A DNA stretch of 63,901 bases, the filler included, from Octopus bimaculoides (taxonomy: Eukaryota), in assembly GCF_001194135.2 (NCBI RefSeq). It is 6 parts of 6 records of this genome, joined end to end, with 100 filler letters (N's around TTAATTAATTAA, not from the genome) between each part and the next. Parts side by side here need not be neighbours in the genome. Positions count along the whole stretch, not along the records: positions 1 to 30,626 come from NC_069003.1; 5 more parts are not named here. One strand, 5' to 3'. The notes under the pieces were generated by a model. The model searched no databases. It saw nothing but the letters and a program-made list of their open reading frames with translations, and was not told the origin of the DNA. This document shows, piece after piece, positions 11,647 through 24,480 of the stretch (within the stretch, counting starts at the first letter, position 1; the number at the start of each line of letters is the position of its first letter). A program made the position numbers and the translations under genes.

Positions 11647-13529
11647 GTAACTGTTTTTGATTGAAGCATGATGACATCAATTTTAAGAGATGTTTCATTA
11701 ATTAAATCGAATCCTGTCCTTTACTGTCTTTTATCTTTCTAGGGTTGATAAAGTAAACTGCCAAAGTTTGCTTTGTTAGAATTTGAACTCGGGATATAAG
11801 GGACTAGAGCAAGAATAAATACCCCCAAGGTATTTATTTTCAACACTCCTATAAGTTGGCAACTAAATATTCCATAAAAAAGTGGAAACGAGATGGAAAT
11901 GGGGCTGAAAAGAAAAGCGCACAAATCTTATAGTTCTGTTTGTCATTCCGTTACTTAGCCTGTCCGTAACATTTTCACGTGATTAGAGGAAAAGAGGAAG
12001 AAAAGAGAGAGAGAGAGATGCATTTATGACGTGCGGTTGAGGGAACTTAGTTGTAACGCGTTCATGTGATTAGTTGAAGAGAAAGAGTGAAAATGAGAGA
12101 GAATGAAAAAGAAGAGGGAGAAAGAAAAAAGAGGGAGAGAGAAGCGTCCATTGTATGCGGTAGGAGAAATGTAATATTTATTACATGATTGAAAAAGACT
12201 AGTTGAAGGTAGCGATGATAGAGAAGAGGAGGGTTAAAAAATATAATTTTAGCAAAGGGGTTATGTTATGAAGGTAAGGTTAAAGAAAGGCACAGAGAGA
12301 GGGGGGAAAGAGGTGAGATAGGGGAGATTGAGATAGTGGTGGTGGTGGTGCCAGTGGTGAGTGAATTGTGAAAAGTGTATTCTTTAAAATTGTACCAAGT
12401 TTTTTTATATCACCTATCACTTAACGCATGCTCATAAGTGCAATTCCATGAAATATTTACATTTATGTAAGTGACAGATATATGCAATTTAACTAAAGGT
12501 TGTATCATATGTACAGGATATTTTTCTCTTTTGTTAATGGGAAAAAATGGAAAAATATAAGTGAATATTTATTTTATGAGTGTTGTATATTAAGTCAATA
12601 AAATTGTGCATAAAGTATATAAAGTTTATATATAAAGTGCATTAAGTAATCATCGTATTCCAATTTCCTTCACTCTTCAATGAGAAGCAGGTGAGCAACT
12701 ATCTTTTCATACAGACTATGCTTTCAAGTTTTTTGGATAAAGTTTTCAAAGATAGCCCAATAGGTTTACTATTAATTCCGTGAAATATTCACGGGTGCCA
12801 CTAGTAATGATAAACAACAAACATCGTAACATCATAAACTTTTTATTTACACAACAATATAATGACAATATAACTAACACATATATACATATATATATAC
12901 AATCACAGACGCAAACATGTACATATGCATCAAAACAAATACTGGAAAAATTTGGTATGCTATAACACTTATACACATACATATACATATACACACACTC
13001 TTTCACACACATATATATATGCATGCATATATATACACTTTATATATANNNNNNNNNNNNNNNNNNNNNNNNNNNNNNNNNNNNNNNNNNNNNNNNNNNN
13101 NNNNNNNNNNNNNNNNNNNNNNNNNNNNNNNNNNNNNNNNNNNNNNNNNNNNNNNNNNNNNNNNNNNNNNNNNNNNNNNNNNNNNNNNNNNNNNNNNNNN
13201 NNNNNNNNNNNNNNNNNNNNNNNNNNNNNNNNNNNNNNNNNNNNNNNNNNNNNNNNNNNNNNNNNNNNNNNNNNNNNNNNNNNNNNNNNNNNNNNNNNNN
13301 NNNNNNNNNNNNNNNCATATATATACACTTTATATATATAAAAACACACATACATACACAAATATAAATATAAGATTTTAATACCAACGAAATCCAAGTG
13401 AAAAAATATTAGTTTCGTTCATAGATATATAATCTGAGGAACTTCAAAAGTACCGATTAAATAAATAAATAAAATGCAAGTTGTGTCTTCATGTCTTTCC
13501 CAGGGTCATAAGACTAGAGGCAAAATGGA

Positions 13530-14015
13530 ATTAATCCGCCTCCACTTAGAATCGAGACTGTTTCAAATTTTGGAGCAAATCCAGAAATTTGAACTGGGTT
13601 TGAAGCAGTTAACTGATAAAGTTGATCCCTGCACTAAAGTGGTACCTATTTTATCGACTCTGGAAAAATAAAAGGCAAAGTCGACCTAGGTAGAATTTGA
13701 ACTCAGAATGCAAAGAATTGGAAGAAATGTCACTAAGCATTTTATCTGCCAGGCTAACAATTCTGCTGGCTTGCTGCTTTCACAGAATTTCATAATAATC
13801 CGTTCTGTTATCGGCACAAGCCCTGAAATGTTGGTGGGTGGGAATTAGTCGATTACATCGACCACAGTACTCTACTAGTACTTGTTTAATCGATCCTGAT
13901 TTGATGAAAGGCTAAGTCGAGTACGGCAGTATTGGAAACCAGAACATAAATACGGATGAAACGCCGCTAAGCGATTTATCTGGCATGCTAACGATTCTAC
14001 CAGCTCGCCGCCTTA
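13530..14015 (-). mobile_element. Two tandem SINE family d copies
   Basis: Both end on the plus strand in ...CCAGCTCGCCGCCTT-like heads and carry the GACTCTGGAAAAATAAAAGGCAAAGTCGACC core. Confidence 0.8.
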
Positions 14016-14395
14016 CAGACATACATCGATGATTTTTTTCTCACCAGACAACGATAGCCATGCACTGCTTTTTTTTTCTTTAGTGATAATAAATATATTT
14101 GAGAGTTGCTGGCATTCAGATATTTACAAAGGGTATTAGTGATAAGCCCGTCACTTAATGTTCAATACGTTTGTGAACTCAAACATTTTGGTACTACTTT
14201 GGCGTATGGTTTACAATCTAAGGGGCGATTACTTTAGGTTGCTTTTTAGTTTATTTTTCAATTTCTGAAAACCCTAAACATGCTGGCTAAAGATGTTTTG
14301 CACTAAATTCTTTTGTACATAACTAGCATTAAAGATGTATTTTTTCAAAGTTCTTACTATTTTAATAATAATAAATCCATGCTTCATTTATGCCT

Positions 14396-14580
14396 TCATC
14401 ATCATCATCGTTTAACGTCTGCTTTCCATGCTAGCATGGGTTGGACGATTTGACTGAGGACTGGCAAACCAGGCGCAATCTGTTCTGGCAGTTTCTACAG
14501 CTGGATGCCCTTCCTAACGCCAACCACTCCGAGAGTGTAGAGGGTGCTTTTACGTGCCACTGGCACGAGGGCCAGTCACA
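14396..14580 (-). mobile_element. 5'-truncated RTE LINE 3' end with (GAT)n tail
   Basis: The tail ...CATGGAAAGCAGACGTTAAACGATGATGATG and the GTGCCACTGGCAC motif are shared with 28294-28675, which retains the RTE ORF2 C-terminus. Confidence 0.8.
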
Positions 14581-15597
14581 CTATACGGCATGATTAATCA
14601 CCTTATGAAGGATCCATATGTAAATAATAATAAAAAGGTAAGAATAAATAATATAATAATTGAAATAAGCACGTAGCTCACACAAGTTTGGCAGCTGCGA
14701 GTTTTACAATGTAAAGTAACTAAAAACTAACGTAAAGTAATCACCCTTGAAGTTGTAGATCACATGCCAAAGTAACACCAACATTTTATTACATCAANNN
14801 NNNNNNNNNNNNNNNNNNNNNNNNNNNNNNNNNNNNNNNNNNNNNNNNNNNNNNNNNNNNNNNNNNNNNNNNNNNNNNNNNNNNNNNNNNNNNNNNNNNN
14901 NNNNNNNNNNNNNNNNNNNNNNNNNNNNNNNNNNNNNNNNNNNNNNNNNNNNNNNNNNNNNNNNNNNNNNNNNNNNNNNNNNNNNNNNNNNNNNNNNNNN
15001 NNNNNNNNNNNNNNNNNNNNNNNNNNNNNNNNNNNNNNNNNNNNNNNNNNNNNNNNNNNNNNNNNNNNNNNNNNNNNNNNNNNNNNNNNNNNNNNNNNNN
15101 NNNNNNNNNNNNNNNNNNNNNNNNNNNNNNNNNNNNNNNNNNNNNNNNNNNNNNNNNNNNNNNNNNNNNNNNNNNNNNNNNNNNNNNNNNNNNNNNNNNN
15201 NNNNNNNNNNNNNNNNNNNNNNNNNNNNNNNNNNNNNNNNNNNNNNNNNNNNNNNNNNNNNNNNNNNNNNNNNNNNNNNNNNNNNNNNNNNNNNNNNNNN
15301 NNNNNNNNNNNNNNNNNNNNNNNNNNNNNNNNNNNNNNNNNNNNNNNNNNNNNNNNNNNNNNNNNNNNNNNNNNNNNNNNNNNNNNNNNNNNNNNNNNNN
15401 NNNNNNNNNNNNNNNNNNNNNNNNNNNNNNNNNNNNNNNNNNNNNNNNNNNNNNNNNNNNNNNNNNNNNNNNNNNNNNNNNNNNNNNNNNNNNNNNNNNN
15501 NNNNNNNNNNNNNNNNNNNNNNNNNNNNNNNNNNNNNNNNNNNNNNNNNNNNNNNNNNNNNNNNNNNNNNNNNNNNNNNNNNNNNNNNNNNNNNNNN

Positions 15598-15895
15598 TAT
15601 ATATATATAAGTATATATGAATATATATACGTATATATGAATATATATACATATATATACGTATATATGAATATATATATATATATACATATATATGAAT
15701 ATATATACATATATATACGTATATATGAATATATATACATATATATACGTATATATGAATATATATACGTATATATGAATATATATACATATATATATAA
15801 GTATATATGAATATATATACGTATATATGAATATATATACATATATATGTGTACATATATACACACACACACATATATATATGTATGTATGTATG

Positions 15896-15949
<54 letters not shown>

Positions 15950-15955
15950 TATGCT
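15598..15955. repeat. Compound AT-rich minisatellite (ATATATGAATATATATAC[G/A]T units) grading into (TA)n/(TG)n
   Basis: Visible directly in the sequence. Confidence 0.9.
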
Positions 15956-16699
15956 TGTGTATGTGTATGTGTGTGGATACTGGATCTTGGTTATCATAAA
16001 GTGAAACATTGTATAGAAGGAAGATAAGTATTGCAGAGTCTGTGACATGTTTATACGGTTTCGATTCTCATGTGGGGAGATATGACAATGCCATTTTCAA
16101 CTCTAAGTTTTCGGGGGAAAGGCATGAGCTTCACAACTTCCTATTTACTCCCAGTTTTTTTTATTTTTAAATATCCCAAATTTTAAGCTGTTACATCTAA
16201 ATATGAAACAATTATTTCGTAAATACATCATATTACTGAAAATATTCTTCACATTGCATCCTGTACCTCTTCCATGTATTTAAATTAATATTACTGGGTC
16301 AGACATTTACAAGGGTGGGGGGAAGAGGTTGGGAATGAGGAATAAACATGTGATGACATCATTTTTCTTCTAAATTTAATTTTAGATTTTTTTTGTTTGT
16401 TTGTTTGGAAGAGCATTTCGCACCATTTTTGAAGTGAATTAGCAAATTGCTATGAAACAGGAAACAACAACAGTTTTCTAAGTCTCATCTTGAAGTTGCA
16501 GACTTAACCCTGTTAGAAAGAGTATGGGAGAGCTTGCAGCCCAACTCTTACTTTATGATGCTTACCATACACACACAAAAAAAAAACAATAATAATATTT
16601 TGCATTAGTAACAATAGAGTTAGTATTAATAGTAACAGTCACAGATAACTGGATTAGGATTAACAGTTTTTTGTAGGATCATGTCATCATTCCTGAAGA

Positions 16700-16895
16700 T
16701 TAACGCATGAAATCATGTTCTGCTTCAAAATATGGTGACACATAATTTGGTGAATAGTTGTCAGGCTCTGACCATTTTACTCTACGACTTGATTCCATCT
16801 TGTTAGTGTTATATTTATTCCTGAATAATGGGTTGCTGTATGGTTCCGTCAGTGTCCTTTTCATACGTTGCATTAAAGATCTTTGCCGGCCTTTC
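16700..16895 (-). CDS. Gene A terminal coding exon: cytoplasmic tail
   Basis: Acceptor TTTTCTTCTGTTTTGACAG; phase 2 matches the TM exon donor; encodes R-KGRQRSLMQRMKRTLTEPYSNPLFRNKYNTNKMESSRRVKWSEPDNYSPNYVSPYFEAEHDFMR*. Confidence 0.85.
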
Positions 16896-17021
16896 CTGTC
16901 AAAACAGAAGAAAAAAAACATTAGGAATGAAATTTTAAAAAAAGGGTAAATAGAAAATTAACATACATATGTGTATTTTCTATGAGGATTTCAGAAGCAG
17001 TAATAAGTAAATGATAACGAC

Positions 17022-17352
17022 GTTGTTGGCACTCCGTCGTGAAATTAACGTGCAAGTGGCTGAGCCCTCCACAGACACGTGTACCCTTAACGTAGTTCTT
17101 GGGGATGTTCAGCGTGACACAGTGTGACAAGGCTGGCCGTTTGAATTACAGGTACAACAGGAACAGGAAGTAAGAGTGAGAGAAAGTTGTGGTGAAAGAG
17201 TAAAGCAAGGTTCGCCACCATCCCCTGCCGGGGCCTCGTGGAGCTTTAGGTGTTTTCGCTCAATAAACACTCACAACGCCCGGTCTGGGAATCGAAACCG
17301 CGATCCTATGACTGCGAGTCCGCTGCCCTAACCACTGGGCCATTGCGCCTCC
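17022..17352 (-). mobile_element. tRNA-derived SINE (family b) in gene A intron, ~50-nt internal deletion near the 3' end
   Basis: Colinear with 633-994 and has an intact tRNA-like head. Confidence 0.9.
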
Positions 17353-17637
17353 ACAGTATACGGTGTATACTACTGACAAAGACCAACAAGGTAGAAAAAT
17401 GCATGAAGCATTCCTTCTGGCTGCAGCTGCTTTTGAGCAATTTTCTTCTGTTACTGATATATTCCAGTGTTTTTAAACACAGTCTGTCCATAACAGATAT
17501 TATCTCCACATGAATACCACAATTAATTTGTTTTTTATTGATGTCTTTACATAAAGTATGATATGCAAAATGCTATTTTAATCTAATACTGCTTCTGTTG
17601 TATATGACACTTACAAATACGTGCATACATACATACA

Positions 17638-17669
<32 letters not shown>

Positions 17670-18365
17670 AATATATATATAATACATACATATATACATG
17701 CATACATACTTCCTAAGAACCAATCTTGTGAAATTAGGCTTCTCAAAAGCAGAAAGCAGATTCAATAACTACAGATCCAAGCCATCACTGGAACTGTAAA
17801 AATCTGTAAAACTTTCCAGAAATTTATCATTTAAGTATATATGTACATGTCTAGATATGCAAGTATATGCATGAGAAAACAGACGTAAAACAAAGCATAC
17901 AGATCTGCACATACACATAGATATATACAAAAATATCCTGTGGATGTTGTTGAAATTCCAATGAAGGGGCCTTGGATCTAGGTTAGAAACGGGCTCTTTC
18001 TCTATTGGCAAGAAATCTAGAAATAAAACTTAATAATGACATACATACGTACGTACGTACGTACATATATATATATATGCAAATATGTATAGATCTTGGC
18101 ACATGACATCCATTGCACTCTACCTGGAGGATGGAACCAAGAATATAACAGTAATCAACAACCATAGGGACCCCAATCTGATGAGGGTGGTCACTGGCAA
18201 AATTTTAAAATCACTGTCAGCCAGTTCTATGTAAAGATAAGTCTCTTACTATACATATAAATATTGAGTGCTTTTCTAATTAATGCTTGATCATGTTTAT
18301 GCACAATTGTACATAAAATACAGACAATAAGACTCACACACACTCACTCAATGAGGCAAAAAATT

Positions 18366-18444
<79 letters not shown>

Positions 18445-18826
18445 ATTAATATTTATTGCATGCAGCTTGTAGTAGTTCCATTGCTATCTACTACTACTGC
18501 TGCAAGCAACAGCATTATGAGGAAGTCCTGACATGAGCCAACTAGAAAACCAATGCTGGAGTCGCTTCCTGGTTACTTAACATGCTAGAATTAACAGCCA
18601 AATGACACTAAATTCCCAGATATGCAAACAGATTGGTCATAACTGAAAAGTTCCCTTGTTTTCACTCAAGTGTCTGGTCTATTAGAACAGATAGATGCTG
18701 GGTTGAACAACCAGCTATGACGCAATTATGCTATTGCTAGACCAATGAAAACTCTTTAAAAATCTTATCATTCTGAACGACACAGCACTATTCTTATACC
18801 CTGTGTTTGATATCAATATAACTTAC

Positions 18827-18923
18827 CTCATGGTCAAATAAATACCAACCACGATCAAAATTATGAGCAATAAACCAAATACGCAAGCCAACACTATTAT
18901 AATCAATGACAACTGACGCCTAT
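18827..18923 (-). CDS. Gene A exon: transmembrane helix
   Basis: TTTACAG acceptor and GTAAGT donor, phase 1 to 2. Encodes D-RRQLSLIIIVLACVFGLLLIILIVVGIYLTM-R. It is absent from the ORF track. Confidence 0.9.
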
Positions 18924-19809
18924 CTGTAAAGAGATGTAAATTGAGATTCAGTTAGGAATATGTACATAATAAATATATATATACAGACAGACAGACAGAT
19001 AGAGATATTAATACAATATTTCGTTTCTACTTATTTTTTGGGTAACGATAAGGGAGGTAACTCAAATAAAGTAAGTTAACAGTGGTTATGATAGCAAAGG
19101 TGATAGTGAATAGAGAAAGATACAGAGTGAGAGGGGGTGAGAGAAGAGAGTGTGTGTGTGTGTGAAAGAGAAATGGGTGAGAAAGAGAGCAAATAAAGGA
19201 GAGAAAATAAAAGGGTGAGGTAGAAACAGTGTTATCAATGAAAAGATAGAAAAAGAGAGAGACAGAGAAAGGTAAGACAGAAGATTCCAAAAAGTGGGTG
19301 GGGCTGAGTAAAAGTGGGAGTTAAAGTAAACATGCAAGAGAAAGACGATGAAAGTGATATAAAGATTAAAACATGGAAAGGAAGAATGTCAAACCAGCAA
19401 AATTTGCAACATCACTGCATTTTTAGTTATCTGATTCTCTTATACTCTAATTCTCTCTCTCAGTCTTTATCTCTCTCTGCATCTGTTTGAAGTGTTTTTG
19501 AATTTGGTAGGCGGAAGTTACTGCCGTGTGTGTATATGTCTGTGTATGTGCTTGTGCCTCTCCGAAAGAGAGAGAGGGATATATATATGTATATATATTA
19601 TTTATGCGCCCTTTTGAAGCCTAGCCAGGCTCATAGCCGGTTTCTATGGCGTATGTGTTCCCCCCAGCTGGACAGGACGTAAGTCCATCGCAGCATTACT
19701 CAAGAAACAGGAAGAAGGAGTGAGAGGAAGTTGGAGTACAAGAGGAGTCGCCCCCACCGCCGGGGCTTCGTGGTGCTTTAGGTGTTTTCGCTCAATAAAC
19801 ACGCACATA

Positions 19810-19934
19810 AGCCTAGTACTTATTCTACCGGTCTCTTTCGGTGAACGGCTATGTTATGGGAACATAAACACACCAACACCGCTGTCAAGCGATGTGGGTT
19901 TGGGGGACACAAGCACAGACACAAAGATACACAC

Positions 19935-19975
<41 letters not shown>

Positions 19976-20335
19976 NNNNNNNNNNNNNNNNNNNNNNNNN
20001 NNNNNNNNNNNNNNNNNNNNNNNNNNNNNNNNNNNNNNNNNNNNNNNNNNNNNNNNNNNNNNNNNNNNNNNNNNNTGTATGTAGTGTGTGTTTTGTACTT
20101 TTGTTTGTCTTCTCCCACCCCACTTGACAAATGGTGCTGGTTTGTTTACACCCCAATAACTTAACAGTTCGTCAAAAGCGACTGATAGGATATATACGAC
20201 ACAGTAAAAAAAAAAAAGAACGAAAAGGAAAATGAAATACTGGGATCAATTTGTTCGAGTAAAACCCTTTTCGGGCAGTTCTCCAGCATGATCACAGTCC
20301 AATGAATGAAACAAGCAAAAGATAAAAGAGAAATA
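19810..20335. mobile_element. Two SINE family a 3' halves in inverted orientation around (TA)n and a gap
   Basis: 19810-19935 is on the minus strand and 20090-20335 on the plus strand. Both match the distal half of 23505-23905. Confidence 0.7.
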
Positions 20336-20393
20336 AATTTTTTAAAATGATACATTGGAAGTTTGGCCGTTAAATTGCTAATACTTTACTTAC

Positions 20394-20567
20394 CACTGCA
20401 GTCATCTTTGGATCGAGCTCCCTTACGTTCGGTCCTCAATGAAGATGGACAGCTTTTGCATTTTATGGACCCGGTTTGGTCTTGGTAATGATCTTTTGGG
20501 CATGATTGACACTGTGATATACTGGTATTGTGGTAAGTACCACGTGGACATGGTCGACAGTTGTTAC
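20394..20567 (-). CDS. Gene A exon: Ephrin_rec_like (GCC2_GCC3) Cys repeat
   Basis: TTTGTAG acceptor and GTAAGT donor, phase 1-1, 174 nt. Encodes G-NNCRPCPRGTYHNTSISQCQSCPKDHYQDQTGSIKCKSCPSSLRTERKGARSKDDCS. Confidence 0.95.
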
Positions 20568-20811
20568 CTACAAATACATGAATATATAAATGTGAAAGCA
20601 TGAAGGGTGTGTAAGTAAAAGTAAAGTTATCTTTTTGTGTCATACCAACCCATAAGGACTGGTTTCCTGGTTTCATGGCATCTGGTCCAGGAATCGAAAC
20701 CACAATCTCACAATCATGAGTCCAACACCCCTAACCACTGAGCCATGCACCTCTACATGTCGGGCATGTGCTTGTATGTTTGTGCGTATGCAGGTGTGTG
20801 TGTACATTTTG

Positions 20812-21075
20812 ATCATTTAACATCCATTTTCCATGTTGGACGGTTGACCGGAGCCGGTTAGGTCAGGGACTGTGCCAGGCCCAATTATTTGTTCTGGGCA
20901 TAGTTTCTGTGGCCGGATACCATAGAAACCACTTCCTGATACCAATAACTCCACAATGTGTACTTGATGCTTCATATGTGACCCTAGCACCAGTACTTTT
21001 AACATGGCATGAGCAGGAATACATTTAATGTGGCACAAGTACTGGTATCAATTCTGCTGTGGTAGACGGGTCTTC
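20812..21075 (-). mobile_element. Degenerate RTE-type 3' end
   Basis: Shares the CATGGAAAATGGATGTTAAATGAT tail and the CCAACATG/CCGTCCAAC motifs with other (GAT)-tailed copies. Confidence 0.65.
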
Positions 21076-21282
21076 TTAAGTAGAGCATATTTTTAAGTAT
21101 AGCATGTATATATTTAGAAATGAAGGAAATTTTGACAACAGGAGAATAGCTGTGAGCTATTGGCTCCAACTACATTACTTGAAGTCAGTGTTGGTAGAAA
21201 TTAAATCAGCTTGCAAATACACGTACACTTTATTAAATTTATACTTGGGCTAAGCTTGAACAGCCTGAGTGCCGAGTTGTCA

Positions 21283-21329
<47 letters not shown>

Positions 21330-21339
21330 NNNNNNNNNN

Positions 21340-21378
<39 letters not shown>

Positions 21379-22032
21379 CCACACTCACATATATATATAT
21401 ACACATATATACACACGTATATACGTGTGTGTGTGTGTGTGCATGTTTGAATGTGCAGTGCTATTACAAATCTACATCATTCCTTGTATTTCACTTTCTA
21501 TACACTATTTATATAAACAATTTTTTTTCATGTGTATATAAGTCAATTGTCTCTCTAAATAAATATTTATCAAAATGCTCAGTACTTTTGTTATTTCTCA
21601 TGGTATGTAGCATGTTTGAGCCAACCATGGATTCACTTCTTTCACAAGACATCCACATCTGTCCCTCTATCCAAGTTTATTATCTCTAAATTGTATTCTC
21701 CACTCATTTGAGGGATCTTTTCTTGCAGGTGCTTGGTGATCTCACTGGTGTTACCTAAAGAAGCAGGCAGTACACTTTATGTGGCTGGCATTAAGAAGGG
21801 CATTAAGTGGCTGGCATTGAGAAGGGCATCCATCCAGTAGAAACAATACTGAAGCACACAGAGAACCTAGTGTAACCCTCTGTCTAATCTGTCCTTGACA
21901 AACTGTCCTAGCATGAGATAAGGGATGCTAATACGGTGACGAGAACGATGATGATGATGATGATAACGAATTTATGAATTTTCCAAATTAAAAAAAAAAC
22001 AATGTGATAAACATTATATCTAAAATACCTAC

Positions 22033-22129
22033 CACATTTGTATTTCCCTTGTATTGGTATCTGGCCATCAACACAATAACATGAAAGGGTGACTGTACAA
22101 GCACACACTGGTATTATATTTTGTTCGAT
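22033..22129 (-). CDS. Gene A exon (Cys-rich linker)
   Basis: TTTTCAG acceptor and GTAGGT donor, phase 0 to 1. Encodes IEQNIIPVCACTVTLSCYCVDGQIPIQGKYKC and is required for frame continuity. Confidence 0.9.
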
Positions 22130-22555
22130 CTGAAAACAAAAAAATAGAATTACCATCAAGAACGAACCCCTCTTATAATAAGGACTTAAGCAAAAAGTAA
22201 CATTGAAGTCTTTGAACCTAATTAATTGTATATTCAATGATTTAGGAAGTAAAAAACATGATACGTAGGGTGTCCATAAAATCTCATTACAATATGGAGT
22301 TTAAAAGTATGGAAGTTGTAAAGATAATTTATGTATTTTTCAAGTCCCCATAACCTAGCAATTCGGCAAAAGTGACTGATAGAATAAGTACCAGACTTCA
22401 AACAAAATAGATACTTGTGTTCATTTAGTTGAAATTGACTAAAACCTTTCAAAGCAGTGCCCAAGCATGGCTGCAGTCCAATGAGTGAAACCAGTAAAAG
22501 ATACAACATTCATAGAGTTTCGAGTTAGGAAAATCGCTACACAATACAAACTTAC

Positions 22556-22646
22556 CAAAGTGTAACTTGATAGCTTCAAGCAATGTTGACCAATTACACT
22601 GGCAGCAAGGACTGTAATGTTATCCTTAATGTTAAATAAATTGTAC
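22556..22646 (-). CDS. Gene A exon (non-repeat domain, part 2)
   Basis: CTTTCAG acceptor and GTAAGT donor, phase 2 to 0. The only open frame is K-YNLFNIKDNITVLAASVIGQHCLKLSSYTL. Confidence 0.88.
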
Positions 22647-22921
22647 CTGAAAGAAGGAAAATAAAATAAAAGAAAAGAAGGAGTATAAAATAAAAAGAAA
22701 GAAGGAAAAGTTAAGCCATATATTAATACACACTCTTTATAGGACCCCTTTCATTCATGAATGACCACGGGGTTGCACATAGAAAGTTCCCCTCCAAGGC
22801 ATAAGTCTGGGCAAGGTTGTTTATGGAAGACTAGCAGGTGCCCATGCATACCAGCCTCCCTCAACATGACATCAATGTTATCCAAAGGATGATACAGCTT
22901 GGTGCCAGTGATGCTGCAATT

Positions 22922-23064
22922 CATTTCTACATTTGGGTGAAAAGGAGCAATGGGAAATAAAGCGTCTTGCTCAAGAACATAACACGCAGCCTGGTCCAGG
23001 AATTGAACTCACTACCTCATGATTGCGAGCTTGATGCTCTAACCACTGAGCCATGCACCTTCAC
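22922..23064 (-). mobile_element. tRNA-derived SINE family c (5' part)
   Basis: Head GAAGGTGCATGGCTCAGTGGTTAGAGC...GAGTTCAATTCCTGGACC has A and B boxes. Related copies lie near 20680-20755, 23240-23370, 27400-27650 and 41840-41940. Confidence 0.8.
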
Positions 23065-23504
23065 ACAGACAGACAGACAGACACACATGATAGATTCTCC
23101 CATTGAAGACAACAAATGAGCTTTCAGCTTTTGCTGAACAATTTGCAATTAGTGATCAGACAATTAGTGATCAAACGTTCATGCCACACATTAGCTCACT
23201 CTCTCTCCATCAAATAGACTTTGCCTGAACAGGTGAACTGTGTGCCACGTGTCAGGTGTCAACGTGAGATGAAGTGTTTTGCTCAAGAACACAATGCACC
23301 ACCCAGTCCAGAAATTGAAAGCATGATCTTGTGATCATGAGTGCAACACCCTAACCAGTAGGCCATGTATATCTATCATCATTTTAATGTCCACTCTTCT
23401 AAGGTTGCATGGGGCAGGTCAGATGCCTTTCCTGTTGCTAACCCTCATCTGTTTCCCTTGTGAAATTTGGTCTCAGAACACAAAGTAAGCATTCCAGTTT
23501 GTCA

Positions 23505-23905
23505 GTTGGCTGCCTTAACTTTGCTTCCCAACCACATGGTTCTGGGTTCAGTCCCACTGTGTAACACCTTGAAAAAGTGTCTTCTGCTATAGCCTCAGGC
23601 TGGCCAAAGCCTTGTGAGTGGATTTGCTAGACAGAAACTGAAAGAAGCCTGTCATATGTATCTATGTGTGGTGTGTGTGTGTTTATGTCTGTGTATGTCC
23701 CCAACCACTGCTTGACAACCAGTATTGGTTTTGCTTACATCCTAGTAACTTAGCAGTTCAGCTAAAGAGACTGATAGAATAAGCACCAGGCTTGAAAAAA
23801 AAATGAGTACCGAGACCAATTCATTCAACTAAAATTCTTCAGGCTGTGCTCCGACATGGCCGCAGTCTAATGATTGAAACAAGTAAAAAATAACAGATAA
23901 AAGAC
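23505..23905 (+). mobile_element. tRNA-derived SINE family a, near full length, with internal (TG)-rich microsatellite
   Basis: tRNA-like head (GGTTCAGTCCCAC), a CORE-like AAGTGTCTTCTGCTATAGCC segment, an internal microsatellite and a GAAACAAGTAAAA tail. More than 10 partial copies occur in the window. Resemblance to the octopus OR1/OR2 SINEs is from recall and was not searched. Confidence 0.88.
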
Positions 23906-23923
23906 ATCAAAAATGGTCCTTAC

Positions 23924-24206
23924 TTCACATCAGTAATTTTGACAGTGACATCTATTGGTACTTTTATGTTCTGCGCATTAGTTTGGGTCGTATTTGTACT
24001 GAAGCATTTCACGTAAGTCTGTAGGGATTTACATTTATTTGTACACAGTCCCAGCCATGTTTTGCCTAAGGTAATCAAGTTGTCTCGAACAAGATCAGTA
24101 ATGAGGTGTTCATACAGTTGCTGGCTTCGTTGAGTGGTGCAATGTGGAAGGTAAAACTTGAAGTTCATGTAAAGTGTCACAGATGCACTTTCACCCGGTG
24201 CCATAG
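23924..24206 (-). CDS. Gene A exon (non-repeat domain, part 1)
   Basis: AAACAAG acceptor and GTAAGG donor, phase 1 to 2, 283 nt open. Encodes T-MAPGESASVTLYMNFKFYLPHCTTQRSQQLYEHLITDLVRDNLITLGKTWLGLCTNKCKSLQTYVKCFSTNTTQTNAQNIKVPIDVTVKITDV. Confidence 0.9.
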
Positions 24207-24262
24207 CTTGTTTGGAAAAATTAAGAGAAAGAAACAGAAGAACAGAAATTAAAGAAGGTGGA

Positions 24263-24480
24263 TTAACTCTTTAGCATTCAGATTATTTGGTCAACTATTA
24301 TACTTATTTATTCACATTATTTTGAATTGATCATGTATTATCTTCAAGCAGTGAGATATTGATGAACTGATTGTATAGTTTCAGAATGATAATGTAGGGC
24401 AGGTATGGGGGGTCAGATCTGATCAGTTTGAACATAAAACAGGTAGAATATTTTGGCTGGATGTGGATGGTTTAAATGTC
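24263..24480 (+). mobile_element. Interspersed repeat starting TTAA-CTCTTTAGCATTCAGATT (possible piggyBac-type MITE); second copy at 26289-26400
   Basis: The two copies share the same 5' boundary at a TTAA. No right terminus was resolved. Confidence 0.45.

Noticed and set aside
17306-17509. Minus-strand ORF as an alternative gene A exon after the TM exon
   Set aside because: The phase is compatible, but the polypyrimidine tract is poor, no good donor exists and the ORF runs into a SINE. The 16700-16895 exon fits far better.
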